Shown piece after piece: positions 37,050 to 47,047 of a DNA stretch of 64,000 nucleotides. The stretch lies in the NCBI GenBank assembly GCA_002347265.1, contig DDYB01000011.1, positions 93,331 to 157,330 on the forward strand. Direction: 5' to 3'. This stretch comes from Desulfobacteraceae bacterium UBA2245 (GTDB lineage: Bacteria > Desulfobacterota > Desulfobacteria > Desulfobacterales > UBA2245). Positions within the stretch are counted from its first letter, which is position 1, and each line of letters opens with the position of its first letter. Both the position numbers and the translations under genes were made by a program. The notes beneath the pieces were generated by a model. It was given only the letters and a program-made list of their open reading frames with translations, had not been told where the DNA came from and made no database searches.

Positions 37050-37757
37050 TCATTTTGAACCCGACCGAAATATTTCAGGGCGCTTCCATGGCGGAACCAG
37101 TTGCCTCCGGATCGGCAGCACGGGGCAGGAAAAGCGTGCGAGATCGATCCCGGGCAGAAGGTCGGCCGGCGCCGTGATGAAAATCAATTCCAGGCCGGTC
37201 TTCCGGCTGAGTTCCTCGACGAACGCATATCCTTCATATATATGGTCTGCCGATGTCTCGCCGATCATGTTGGCGTTTCCCACAATGCCGGCAAAGCGCA
37301 TTCGCGAGGCTTTTTCGATTTCCGCTCGCATCCGCATGCATCCCTGAACCGAATCCGCGTAAGGGCGGTATGGATTCACCACCTGGAGCATCCGGGCCCC
37401 GCGGCCCTGCAGCGCATCAAAAAGGCAGGCCAGCACACGCGCGCCCACGGCGTCGCCGCCCACATCCAGCAAGGTCAGATCGCCGGAAGATCGAATCATT
37501 CCCGCAATGACAGGGCTTAAAACGGGAAGATCGGCATTGAGATATTTTTCAGGAGGCAGAACCAGTTCAATGCCCAGATCGGCCAGCGCCTTGCGGGCCT
37601 CCCGGGTTCGAAAATAAGGATTGACCAGATCCAGGTCCGCTACCCGGACCCTTTGCCCGGAATCCCTGGCGTAAACGGCCAGGTTGATGCAGACTTCCGT
37701 CTTTCCGCTGCCGTAGTTTCCGGCCAGGATAACGAGGCCTTTCAAATCGATTTTCAC
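37050..37757 (-). CDS. P-loop NTPase, MinD/ParA/CooC-like (SIMIBI-type), function unknown
   Basis: Deviant Walker A LAGNYGSGKT near the N-terminus and Walker-B-like LTLLDVGGD. GTG start with SD AGGTGA. Ends 40 nt upstream of the delta subunit. Confidence 0.6.
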   Translation of the reverse strand: MKIDLKGLVILAGNYGSGKTEVCINLAVYARDSGQRVRVADLDLVNPYFRTREARKALADLGIELVLPPEKYLNADLPVLSPVIAGMIRSSGDLTLLDVGGDAVGARVLACLFDALQGRGARMLQVVNPYRPYADSVQGCMRMRAEIEKASRMRFAGIVGNANMIGETSADHIYEGYAFVEELSRKTGLELIFITAPADLLPGIDLARFSCPVLPIRRQLVPPWKRPEIFRSGSK

Positions 37758-37971
37758 CGGTAATCACCTGATTGAAACCGTCTTTGTCCTGCATGCGCGT
37801 CCGTGAAATGAACGCCGGCAATTCCAAAATCTTGTTTTTTTAGTAATTTTTTTAATTCATGTCAAGGAATCAATTCGGATTCAGGTGAATCAGAAACCAG
37901 CTGCCCCGCCGTGGTTCGCCTTCCGTTTGCTTCGGAAATATGGTAGCCTTCGAGCGGAGTTGTCAATCTCA

Positions 37972-39165
37972 ATGAAAAGGATACCATTTATGTCATGCGT
38001 TCAAACCGGGCTGGAACGGCTCATCGCCAATCCGCCGCCATCGCTTAAAGGAAAACGCATCGGCCTTTTATGCAATCCGGCTTCGGTTGACAGGGAGTTG
38101 TCGCATGCCCGGCTGCTGGTTTCGGAAATATTTCCCGGGCAGCTCAAAGCCCTGTATTCTCCTCAGCACGGTTTTTTTGCCGAAAAACAGGACAACATGA
38201 TCGAATCGGATCACGGCATCGACCCCCTGCTGAAGATTCCGGTCTTCAGCCTTTACGGACAAACCCGGGTTCCGGACCGGAAAATGCTGGATCCCATCGA
38301 TGTACTTCTGGTGGATCTTCAGGATTCAGGAACCCGCGTTTATACCTTTATTTACACCATGTCCTACTGCATGGAGGCTGCCAGGCGGTTCGGAAAGAAA
38401 GTCGTTGTTCTCGATCGCCCGAACCCCGTCGGCGGACAACGCATCGAAGGCAACCGCCTCGATCCCGAGTGGAGCTCATTTGTCGGCCGGTATCCTATTC
38501 CGATGCGTCACGCAATGACCATCGGTGAACTGGCCCGAATGTTCAACCGGGATTATGGAATCGGATGCGAACTGGAGGTCATTCCCATGGAAGGCTGGCG
38601 GCGGGACATGTATTTTCAGGATACCGGGCTTACCTGGATCGCCCCCTCCCCCAACCTTCCGACCCCGGTGTCGGCCATGGTCTATCCTGGCCAGGTCATC
38701 TGGGAGGGAACCAATGTTTCGGAAGGGCGCGGCACCACTCAGCCGTTCGAACTGTTCGGCGCTCCGTTTATCGACCCGGACAAGATTCTCGAAGCCATGG
38801 GCAACGACAGACAACCGGGGGTTTTTCTACGGCCGGTAATATTTGAACCTGCGGTCGGCAAATGGAGGGGCGAAGCCTGCCGGGGATTTCAGCTTCATGT
38901 CACAGCCCGGGATAGTTTTGAACCCGTTTTAACCACCCTGAAACTGCTTCAAGCCGTATTTCAAAACTATCCGGACCAATTCAAGTGGAAATCCCCGCCC
39001 TACGAGTACGAATTCAAGCTGCTTCCCATCGATTTGATCATGGGGGGGCCCGGCGTCCGACAGCGCATCGAGGCTCTGGAACCTCCCGAACGCATCGCCG
39101 CAACCTGGAAGCAGGAAATCAGGGATTTTTTCGATCAAAGCCGCAGATTTTACCTTTACGGATGA
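37972..39165 (+). CDS. DUF1343 family protein (NamZ/YbbC-type exo-beta-N-acetylmuramidase candidate)
   Basis: KRIGLLCNPASV and SPNLPTP…YPGQVIWEGTNVSEGRGTTQPFELFGAPF match the DUF1343 pattern. The start is uncertain (37972 or 37990). Confidence 0.78.
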   Translation: MKRIPFMSCVQTGLERLIANPPPSLKGKRIGLLCNPASVDRELSHARLLVSEIFPGQLKALYSPQHGFFAEKQDNMIESDHGIDPLLKIPVFSLYGQTRVPDRKMLDPIDVLLVDLQDSGTRVYTFIYTMSYCMEAARRFGKKVVVLDRPNPVGGQRIEGNRLDPEWSSFVGRYPIPMRHAMTIGELARMFNRDYGIGCELEVIPMEGWRRDMYFQDTGLTWIAPSPNLPTPVSAMVYPGQVIWEGTNVSEGRGTTQPFELFGAPFIDPDKILEAMGNDRQPGVFLRPVIFEPAVGKWRGEACRGFQLHVTARDSFEPVLTTLKLLQAVFQNYPDQFKWKSPPYEYEFKLLPIDLIMGGPGVRQRIEALEPPERIAATWKQEIRDFFDQSRRFYLYG

Positions 39166-39203
39166 GGCGGAACCCGGTTCTGAAGCGGCTGAAGGCGGCC
39201 CAT

Positions 39204-39242
39204 CAAAAAAAAGCCCTTCATCCCTGAAAAAAGATGAAGGGC
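39204..39242 (-). terminator. rho-independent terminator of the small membrane-protein gene
   Basis: Stem GCCCTTCATC / GATGAAGGGC followed on the minus strand by TTTTTTTT. Lies between convergent genes. Confidence 0.65.
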
Positions 39243-39261
39243 CGGCTTCAAAATAAACTGG

Positions 39262-39546
39262 TTATGCGCCTGGCTTGTCGGTTTTTAGGGTCTCGATTTC
39301 CTTTTTCAAATCATCGATTTCCTGTTTGAACTTTTCAACATCGCCTGTTTTTGAGGCATCCGTTGAAGTGTCTTTTTTCCAGGTGTCTTTGATTTCGTCA
39401 TAACCCAGATAGATCGCCAACCCTCCACCGATCAGCAACATCACGGGAACAGCGCCGGCCAGCAGCTGCAGGAACTCACCAAACCAGACGATCAGGCAAA
39501 TGAGTCCAACGACAGCTGCAACCGCTCCACCAATTAACGTTTTCAT
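39262..39546 (-). CDS. small two-TM protein with a charged coiled-coil tail (hypothetical)
   Basis: Strong SD AAGGAGG, two TM helices, then a KFKQEIDDLKKEIETLK tail. Has its own terminator. Confidence 0.6.
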   Translation of the reverse strand: MKTLIGGAVAAVVGLICLIVWFGEFLQLLAGAVPVMLLIGGGLAIYLGYDEIKDTWKKDTSTDASKTGDVEKFKQEIDDLKKEIETLKTDKPGA

Positions 39547-40019
39547 AAAAGGCCATCCTCCTTTGACTTAAATTGAATTTGCAAACCTTTAGGATAACAA
39601 AAAGGTCGCGCAACATCGTCAAAAAATCAATCATATCAAGAAAATACAACCATATTTCCAAAAGATAATTAAAATTTAAATTAACACAGCAGGATTTTGA
39701 ATGCAAGCTGAAAGTTGATTTCAGGCGCTTCTCGAGGATTTTCGGCAAAACATCGGCATCTCAGCCGCCTTCAATCCGTCCGAACCGCTGCCGGGCCCAC
39801 TGACATTCCGGGATTATTAATTGCATTCGGCATCCGTTTCTGTTAATTTATTTCGATTCCATCATGGAGGGCCGGTCCTGTTGGCGAGAGAAGGACTTTC
39901 AAATATTTGGCCCCAACAGCTTGAATTGCTTAAAAAAACACCCAGGATGGATTTTTTCGTTTTTTTAAGGTAAATCCAAATAAAATCCGGCTTAAAATTG
40001 CCGTTGACAAGATAATGCC

Positions 40020-42656
40020 ATGAAAAATCAAGCCCATCAACATCCAACAGCCGAAAAAAGCAAATTCCGGCGATGGATAGACCGTTTTCTGGCCAAAACG
40101 CATCATCATTATCTGTGCGAACTGCCTGAAGACATCGGATTTTTATCCAGGTCCTTTCTGAACCGGTTTTTTTCCGGAATTACAACGGAAAAGGATCAGC
40201 TGGCCGTTCTCGCGCAAATCCCGTCTGATGCGATCATTGTATACGCCATTCAGTATAAGAGCTATTTCGAATACCTTTTTTATTACACCCGGTACCACCG
40301 GGAAAAGGTTCCGGCGCCGCGGATCGGCATGGGATTCAGGGTTTTTCTCTGGCAGCCGGTTTCAAGACTCTTCCGAATATTGACCGCTCACGTCGATCAC
40401 TGGATCGGCAATAAAACCCTGCTGAATCCCTACAAAAACGGTTTTATCAAAGACCAGCTGCTTCAGGGCCGCACCGCCCTTTTTTCCCTGATCGAAAAGC
40501 GGGGTGTATACCGCCGTTTCGCCGAATCCAAATCAGATCCGGTCAGCCATCTGATCGAAATCCAGAAGTCCATTGACCGGCCCATATACATCGTTCCCCA
40601 GCTGATGTTTTTCAGCAAAAACCCCAACCGCCAGGGAATATTGCCGGTGGATATGATATTCGGAAGCGAGGAGCGACTGGGAATTATTCGCCGGATCATC
40701 CGGATGTTCAAGTATCCGGGAAAGGTATTTGTTGAAATCTCCCAGCCGGTCAACCTCAAAAATTTCCTGGATCATCCGGATATTCGAAACCGGACCGACG
40801 CCCGGCAGAGCCAGGAACTTCGCCAGCGGCTTCTGCATCAGATCAACCGCCATCGGCAAAGCATCACGGGACCGGTCATCAAGTCTGTTGAGGAACTGAA
40901 GGAAAGCATTCTGATGAACGAGCGCCTGCGTCCGTTCATGGAAAACTATTCCGCCTCCCGCAACATCCCCATTTACAAGGTACTGCGCGAGGCGGACGGC
41001 TATATCGATGAAATCGCGGCAAAATACAACCGAACCATCATCAAGATCGGCAGCATCGTGGTGGAATGGTTTTTGAAGGCCATGTTCGAAGGCATCACGG
41101 TGGATACAGAGGGGCTGAACCGCATCAAACTGATGGCCCAGAAGGGCCCGGTGATTCTGATTCCATGCCATAAAAGCCATTTTGATTACCTGATCCTGTC
41201 CTTCCTTCTGCACAACAGCAACCTGCCGTGCCCCCATGTCGCCGCAGGCAAGAATCTTTCCTTCTGGCCGCTTGGGCCGCTTTTCAGAGGCGGCGGCGCT
41301 TTTTTCATCCGACGGACCTTCAGGGGCGCAGCTCTGTATTCCAAGGTATTTTCGGAATATATTCACAAACTGCTTCAGGAAGGATTTAACATCGAATTTT
41401 TCATCGAAGGCGGGAGAAGCCGCACAGGCAAACTCATTCTTCCCAAGCTCGGGCTGCTTTCGATTCTGCTGGGCGCCTATCGTAACGGCGCGTGCGAAGA
41501 CATGTCCTTTGCCCCGATTTTTATCGGATACGACCAGGTTCTTGAAGAAAATGCCTACCTGAGCGAGGTTGAAGGGGAACAGAAAAAACCTGAAAACATC
41601 ATGCAGGTGTTCAAAGCGCGAAAGCTGCTCAAAAAACGTTACGGAAGAATCTACGTCAAGTTCGATGAACCCATCAGCATCGTGGATCTTCAGCAAAAGA
41701 TGGGCGTCTCGCTTCACACCATGAACGCAAAGGATCAAAACGTACTGATCCGCAACCTGGGATACCGGGTGATCAACGCCATCAACCAGGTATCGGTGGT
41801 CACGCCGTATGCCCTGGTGGCCGGCGTTCTGCTCAATCTTGAGAAAGAACGATTTTCCTATGAACAGTTCAAGAAAGGCCTGGATACCTACATGACCTTT
41901 CTGATCTCCCACAAGGCGACCCTGGCCGACACGCTGGTCGTAGACCCGGAACACGCCGTCGAAAAGGTTCTGAGCAACTATATTCAAAGAAAATTCATCG
42001 AGTCGATCTCAGGCGAAAAAAGCGCCCCCTTTACCGATACGGTTTTTGAGATTCAGGAAAGCAAGCGCACGCTTCTCGAGTACTACAAGAACAACGTGAT
42101 CTCCTTTTTTATTCCGGCTGCCTACACCGCGATGGCGATTCTCAAAAGGGATGCGTTTCAGTTTTCCTCCGTGGATCTGCATGCCGATTATGCCTTTCTG
42201 CAGGATCTTTTCAAATACGAGTTCGCCTATGATGTGGACAACACCTCTGAATACAATGTCAGAAAATGTATCAAGGCATTCATCGACGACGCCGTTCTCA
42301 GCCCGCATCCCACGCTTCCGGACACCTATAATCTGACGGCCGCCGGCTACAAGAAGCTCAATTTGTTCGCCGGTTTTCTGAAAACCTATTTGGAATCATA
42401 TCTGATCGTCCTGAAAGTGTTCATGCGGTACTCGAAAAGCGCCATCAGCAGCAAGGACCGCCTGAAAAAAATTCAGTCCCGCGGAGCCCGGATGTTCAAG
42501 CGCGGCGAGGTACAGCGCAAAGAGTCCCTGTCCAAAATCAATTACGCCAATGCCGTTGATCTGTTCACCTACAACGGCATCAAAGGATCCGAAGATGCCG
42601 AGGCAATCAACATGTACGCTGACAAGATTCAGGAATATCTGTCTCGTCTGCCCTGA
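40020..42656 (+). CDS. plsB: glycerol-3-phosphate 1-O-acyltransferase
   Basis: 878 aa with HX4D (PCHKSHFDYLIL) and the FIEGGRSRTGK block, typical of PlsB size and architecture. Confidence 0.88.
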   Translation: MKNQAHQHPTAEKSKFRRWIDRFLAKTHHHYLCELPEDIGFLSRSFLNRFFSGITTEKDQLAVLAQIPSDAIIVYAIQYKSYFEYLFYYTRYHREKVPAPRIGMGFRVFLWQPVSRLFRILTAHVDHWIGNKTLLNPYKNGFIKDQLLQGRTALFSLIEKRGVYRRFAESKSDPVSHLIEIQKSIDRPIYIVPQLMFFSKNPNRQGILPVDMIFGSEERLGIIRRIIRMFKYPGKVFVEISQPVNLKNFLDHPDIRNRTDARQSQELRQRLLHQINRHRQSITGPVIKSVEELKESILMNERLRPFMENYSASRNIPIYKVLREADGYIDEIAAKYNRTIIKIGSIVVEWFLKAMFEGITVDTEGLNRIKLMAQKGPVILIPCHKSHFDYLILSFLLHNSNLPCPHVAAGKNLSFWPLGPLFRGGGAFFIRRTFRGAALYSKVFSEYIHKLLQEGFNIEFFIEGGRSRTGKLILPKLGLLSILLGAYRNGACEDMSFAPIFIGYDQVLEENAYLSEVEGEQKKPENIMQVFKARKLLKKRYGRIYVKFDEPISIVDLQQKMGVSLHTMNAKDQNVLIRNLGYRVINAINQVSVVTPYALVAGVLLNLEKERFSYEQFKKGLDTYMTFLISHKATLADTLVVDPEHAVEKVLSNYIQRKFIESISGEKSAPFTDTVFEIQESKRTLLEYYKNNVISFFIPAAYTAMAILKRDAFQFSSVDLHADYAFLQDLFKYEFAYDVDNTSEYNVRKCIKAFIDDAVLSPHPTLPDTYNLTAAGYKKLNLFAGFLKTYLESYLIVLKVFMRYSKSAISSKDRLKKIQSRGARMFKRGEVQRKESLSKINYANAVDLFTYNGIKGSEDAEAINMYADKIQEYLSRLP

Positions 42657-42680
42657 AATTTAATCAACAGACCGGCTCTC

Positions 42681-44390
42681 ATGAAAGCATTGATACTGGC
42701 CGCCGGATTCGGCACCCGATTGCTTCCCTTCACTCAGCACACGCCCAAGCCCCTGTTTTCCATCGGCGGGCGAAGGCTGCTCGATATCGCCATTCGGCGT
42801 CTGATCGAGGCCGGATGCCGGGCCGTGATGATCAACACCCACCATCTTCATGAAAAAATCGAAGACTTCATATCGCATCAGCGTTACGAGATTCCGGTTT
42901 TCCTGAAATTTGAACCCGGCATTCTCGGCACCGGCGGCGCCATTGGCAATGCATTGGATTTCTGGGAATCCGACCCCTTTATGGTCATCAACGGGGACAT
43001 CGTCACGGACATCGATCTGAAGGCCGTTTATGCGCATCATATCCGCAACGGAAATGACGCCACCCTGGTGCTCTGCAACCATCCTGCGTTCAACCAGGTT
43101 GAAGTCGACTCCCGGAACCGGATCAGGCGATTTCATTCCGAACCGGTTCCGGACCGCAAGGCCTGGACCTTCACCGGAATCCAGGCGCTCTCTTCGGTGG
43201 TTCTGGACTATATTCCCAAAAATCAGTTTTCCTCCAGCATCGAGGCCTACCGGAAAATGATCGCAGACGGCCGAAAAATTCAGGCGTACATCGCCGAAGG
43301 CGCCTACTGGAACGACATCGGCACTCCGGAGCGCTACCGTCAGGCGGCCTGCGACCAGATGGCCATGGATGCATTCGACCGGATATTTCACCGTCCCCGC
43401 CCGGCGATTCAAGCCGTCGTGCTTCAAGGAGACGGATCAGATCGAAAATGGATCCGTATGACATCCGGCAATCATTCGCTGATCGCGGCGGATCACGGCA
43501 TACGAAATGATCCGGACAAAACCGCCGAGGTGGATGCCTTTATGGATATCGGCAACCATCTTTGCCGGAAAAAACTGCCGGTGGCGCAGATTTATTCGGC
43601 GGACCGATTTGCCGGCCTGGTCTTTCTGGAGGATCTGGGAGATCAGCACCTGGAGCAGTTCGTCAAGAGCGCTTTGCCGGATGCCGTAAAAAAAGCCTAC
43701 CGCAATGTCATCGATCTGCTGATCGATTTCAGTTCATCCGGCATTCAGGGCTTTGACCCGGACTGGACCTTTGATACCCCCCGGTATGACAAGCGCCTGA
43801 TTCTGGAAAGGGAATGCCGGTATTTTCTGGATGCCTTTGTAAGGGGATATCTGAAGATCGATGCAAGCTTTGAAAATCTTCTGCCGGATTTTTCCTTTAT
43901 CGCCGACAATGCACTGGCTTTTTCCATTCCAGGGCTGATGCACCGGGATTTTCAATCCCGGAACATCATGGTCCGAAACGGCCGGTTTTATTTGATCGAT
44001 TATCAGGCGGCGCGCATCGGCCCCATTCAATACGATCTGGCATCCCTTTTAATTGATCCCTATGTCGGCCTTGCTCAAGATGTTCAAGAAGAACTGCTGG
44101 ACTATGCGGTCGGAAAACTTTCAGAAAAAACCGGAATGAATGCCCGGAAAATTGTCCACGGGTACCGCTTCTGCGCAATCACCCGGAATCTTCAGATTCT
44201 CGGGGCATTTGCATTTTTAAGCAAAAGCAAGGGCAAACTGCATTTTGAAGCCTACATTTCACCGGCCCTGGCCGCCCTGAAGCAGCGGGTTGCAACCTTT
44301 GACGACGCTGAGATCAAATCCCTCAGATCCCTGATCAAAAGTCTGGATACGGGACGGATCAGCGCCCACACCACGGGAGAAACTCCATGA
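42681..44390 (+). CDS. fusion of a sugar-1-phosphate nucleotidyltransferase (MurU-like) and an AmgK-like anomeric sugar kinase
   Basis: N-terminus MKALILAAGFGTRLLPFTQHTPKPLF (NTP transferase). C-terminal kinase core LMHRDFQSRNIMV…LIDYQAARIGPIQYDLASLL (APH/AmgK-type). Confidence 0.72.
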   Translation: MKALILAAGFGTRLLPFTQHTPKPLFSIGGRRLLDIAIRRLIEAGCRAVMINTHHLHEKIEDFISHQRYEIPVFLKFEPGILGTGGAIGNALDFWESDPFMVINGDIVTDIDLKAVYAHHIRNGNDATLVLCNHPAFNQVEVDSRNRIRRFHSEPVPDRKAWTFTGIQALSSVVLDYIPKNQFSSSIEAYRKMIADGRKIQAYIAEGAYWNDIGTPERYRQAACDQMAMDAFDRIFHRPRPAIQAVVLQGDGSDRKWIRMTSGNHSLIAADHGIRNDPDKTAEVDAFMDIGNHLCRKKLPVAQIYSADRFAGLVFLEDLGDQHLEQFVKSALPDAVKKAYRNVIDLLIDFSSSGIQGFDPDWTFDTPRYDKRLILERECRYFLDAFVRGYLKIDASFENLLPDFSFIADNALAFSIPGLMHRDFQSRNIMVRNGRFYLIDYQAARIGPIQYDLASLLIDPYVGLAQDVQEELLDYAVGKLSEKTGMNARKIVHGYRFCAITRNLQILGAFAFLSKSKGKLHFEAYISPALAALKQRVATFDDAEIKSLRSLIKSLDTGRISAHTTGETP

Positions 44391-45217
44391 GCCACATCAA
44401 AATCATGATCAACGGCATGCCGGGCAACGTGGCAGCCGCTCTGGCCGCTCAAGCCATGAAGGACGAACGTTTTGAAATCATCAACGCCTCGCTGACCGGG
44501 CCTGAGATCGTCCAGGACCGGCACATCGTTGACGGCAAAACCTTTTCTCTGATTCATCCGGACGAGCGGGATCAGGCCATTGTTCAGATCAAAAACCGGG
44601 AGAATGATTTTATCTCCGTCGACTTCACGCACCCGACCGCGGTCAACGGCAACGCCGAATTTTATTGCAAAAACAATCTTTATTTCGTGATGGGAACCAC
44701 CGGAGGCGACCGGCGTCAGCTTGAGCAGACCGTTCTTCGGTCCGGAATCTCGGCGGTCATCGCGCCGAATATGGCCAAACAGATCGTCGGATTTCAGGCC
44801 ATGATGCAGTATGCGGCTGAAAATTTCCCCGGCCTTTTCTCAGGCTATTGTCTGGAAATCAGGGAAAGCCACCAGAAGGGCAAGGCGGATACCAGCGGAA
44901 CGGCCCGGGCCATGGTGTCGTATTTTAACAAAATGGGCGTGGCTTTCAGCGAAGATCAGATCATAAAGGAAAGAGACCCGAGGATTCAGCAATCCGTCTG
45001 GAAAATTCCCGAGGCCCATCTGTCCGGTCATGCATGGCATACCTATACCCTGCATTCCGAAGACGGGACCGTTACTTTCAGCTTCACCCACAACATCAAC
45101 GGCAGGGACGTGTATGCTCAGGGCACGTTCGATGCCGTGGAATTTCTTTTTCAAAAAGCGAAAAGCGGCCTGAAGGGCCGTGTCTATACGATGATCGACG
45201 TGCTCAAACAAGCCTGA
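44387..45217 (+). CDS. dapB: 4-hydroxy-tetrahydrodipicolinate reductase
   Basis: Catalytic block ESHQKGKADTSGTA and an atypical N-terminal dinucleotide fold (INGMPGNVA). ATGA overlap with the upstream gene. Confidence 0.78.
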   Translation: MSHIKIMINGMPGNVAAALAAQAMKDERFEIINASLTGPEIVQDRHIVDGKTFSLIHPDERDQAIVQIKNRENDFISVDFTHPTAVNGNAEFYCKNNLYFVMGTTGGDRRQLEQTVLRSGISAVIAPNMAKQIVGFQAMMQYAAENFPGLFSGYCLEIRESHQKGKADTSGTARAMVSYFNKMGVAFSEDQIIKERDPRIQQSVWKIPEAHLSGHAWHTYTLHSEDGTVTFSFTHNINGRDVYAQGTFDAVEFLFQKAKSGLKGRVYTMIDVLKQA

Positions 45218-45286
45218 CCGGTCGGAAAATTCTTTCGCACAGAATCGGGCTTAATTCCGTTGCCGCCCTGAAAATGGAGAGCGTGT

Positions 45287-47047
45287 ATGAAGAAGCTCAT
45301 TATTTTATTGATCATCCTGATCAGCAACGCCGCCTTCGGCGACGAAACCTTTCCGCCGGCAGGCTGGACCGACCGTCCCAATCCCCTGGCCAGCCCGAAC
45401 GCAGTCGCCGGAGGTGAAATTTCCATTTTCGCCGGCCAGTATCCCAAAAGTCTCAACTATTACCTGGACAACAATGTGCTTTCCGCAGAGATTTTCGGGG
45501 CTATTTACGAAACGCTGCTTGCGCTCAATCCCATTACGCTTGAGTATGAGCCCGGCCTGGCCGAAAAATGGACCATCTCCGAGGACCGGAAAACCTTTAC
45601 CTTCTACCTGAACCCCCTTGCCCGGTGGAGCGACGGCACACCGATCACCGCCCAGGATGTCCAGTGGACCTGCGCGACCATCGTCGATCCGAAAAACCTG
45701 ACCGGACCGCACAAACTCGACATGGAACGCTTCGATCCGCCGGTGGTCATAGACGAGCGGACCATCCGATTTACGGCCCGCGACGTGCACTGGAAGAATC
45801 TGGGCGCTGCCGGCGGATTTCATATTCTGTGCAGGCATGCGTTCGAGGGCAGGGATTTCAACAAGATCAATTTTGAATTTCCCGTGGTTTCCGGTCCCTA
45901 CCGGCTGGGAAAAATCCAGGAGAGTCTGGCAATTTCCATTGAAAGACGCCCGGACTGGTGGGCGCGAAACGCGCTGCGCCATCAGGGGACCGGCAATTTT
46001 CAAACCATGAAATTCAAATTCTTCGCCGAGCGGGAAAACGCCTTTGAATCCTTCAAAAAAGGAGAAATCGACCTTTTTCCCATCTACACCTCCCGAATCT
46101 GGGTTCATGAAACCCAGGGCGAGAAATTTCTGAAGAACTGGATCGTCAAGCAAAAGATTTACAATCATGCGCCGATCGGATTTCAGGGGTTTGCCATGAA
46201 CATGCGTCGGCCGCCGTTTGACGATCTTCGAACGCGCAAAGCCATGGCTCTGCTGCTGGACCGCCGGAAGATGAACAGCGCCCTGATGTACGACCAGTAC
46301 TTTCTGCACCGCTCTTATTTTGAAGATCTTTATTCGGCCCAGAATCCCTGTCAGAATCCGGAAATCGAACTCGACAAGCACAAGGCCCGGGAACTGTTAA
46401 ACGCCGCCGGATGGTCGGTGAATCCGAAAACAGGATATCTGGAAAAAGGCGGAAAACGGTTTTCGTTTCGCTTTCTGACACGGGAAGCCTCTTCCGAAAC
46501 CTTCCTGGCCATTTACGCCGAAGATCTCAAAGATGCGGGCATCGAGCTGATCATCGACAAAAAGGACTGGGCCGCCTGGGCCAGGGACATGGACGAGTTC
46601 AATTTCGAAATGACATGGGCGAGCTGGAGTTCCGGCGTATTCAAGGATCCGGAAGGCATGTGGTCATCGGGCGAAGCCGAACGCCAAGGCGGAAACAACA
46701 TCACCGGGTTTAAGAACCCGAGGGTGGACGCGCTGATTGAAACCCAGAAGGCGGTTTTCGATGTTCAAAAACGAAACGCCATCTGCCGGGAAATCGACAG
46801 AATCGTTGCCGAAGCCTATCCGTACGTACTTTTGTGGAATATCAATTACACCCGTCTGCTGTACTGGAACAAATTCGGAACGCCGCCGACGGTGCTGTCT
46901 AAATTCGGACGGGAAGACAGCGCATACTGGTACTGGTGGTCGGATGTCGATGCACTGGCAGACCTGAATGATGCCGTCCGATTCGGGGATCACCTCATCC
47001 CCAGAGAGCCTGCGGTTTATTTCGACCAGATCTTCCAGGAAAATTGA
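45287..47047 (+). CDS. ABC transporter substrate-binding protein, family 5 (peptide/opine/nickel type)
   Basis: Signal peptide MKKLIILLIILISNAAFG in a 586-aa family-5-like body. No permease or ATPase gene is adjacent. Confidence 0.82.
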   Translation: MKKLIILLIILISNAAFGDETFPPAGWTDRPNPLASPNAVAGGEISIFAGQYPKSLNYYLDNNVLSAEIFGAIYETLLALNPITLEYEPGLAEKWTISEDRKTFTFYLNPLARWSDGTPITAQDVQWTCATIVDPKNLTGPHKLDMERFDPPVVIDERTIRFTARDVHWKNLGAAGGFHILCRHAFEGRDFNKINFEFPVVSGPYRLGKIQESLAISIERRPDWWARNALRHQGTGNFQTMKFKFFAERENAFESFKKGEIDLFPIYTSRIWVHETQGEKFLKNWIVKQKIYNHAPIGFQGFAMNMRRPPFDDLRTRKAMALLLDRRKMNSALMYDQYFLHRSYFEDLYSAQNPCQNPEIELDKHKARELLNAAGWSVNPKTGYLEKGGKRFSFRFLTREASSETFLAIYAEDLKDAGIELIIDKKDWAAWARDMDEFNFEMTWASWSSGVFKDPEGMWSSGEAERQGGNNITGFKNPRVDALIETQKAVFDVQKRNAICREIDRIVAEAYPYVLLWNINYTRLLYWNKFGTPPTVLSKFGREDSAYWYWWSDVDALADLNDAVRFGDHLIPREPAVYFDQIFQEN

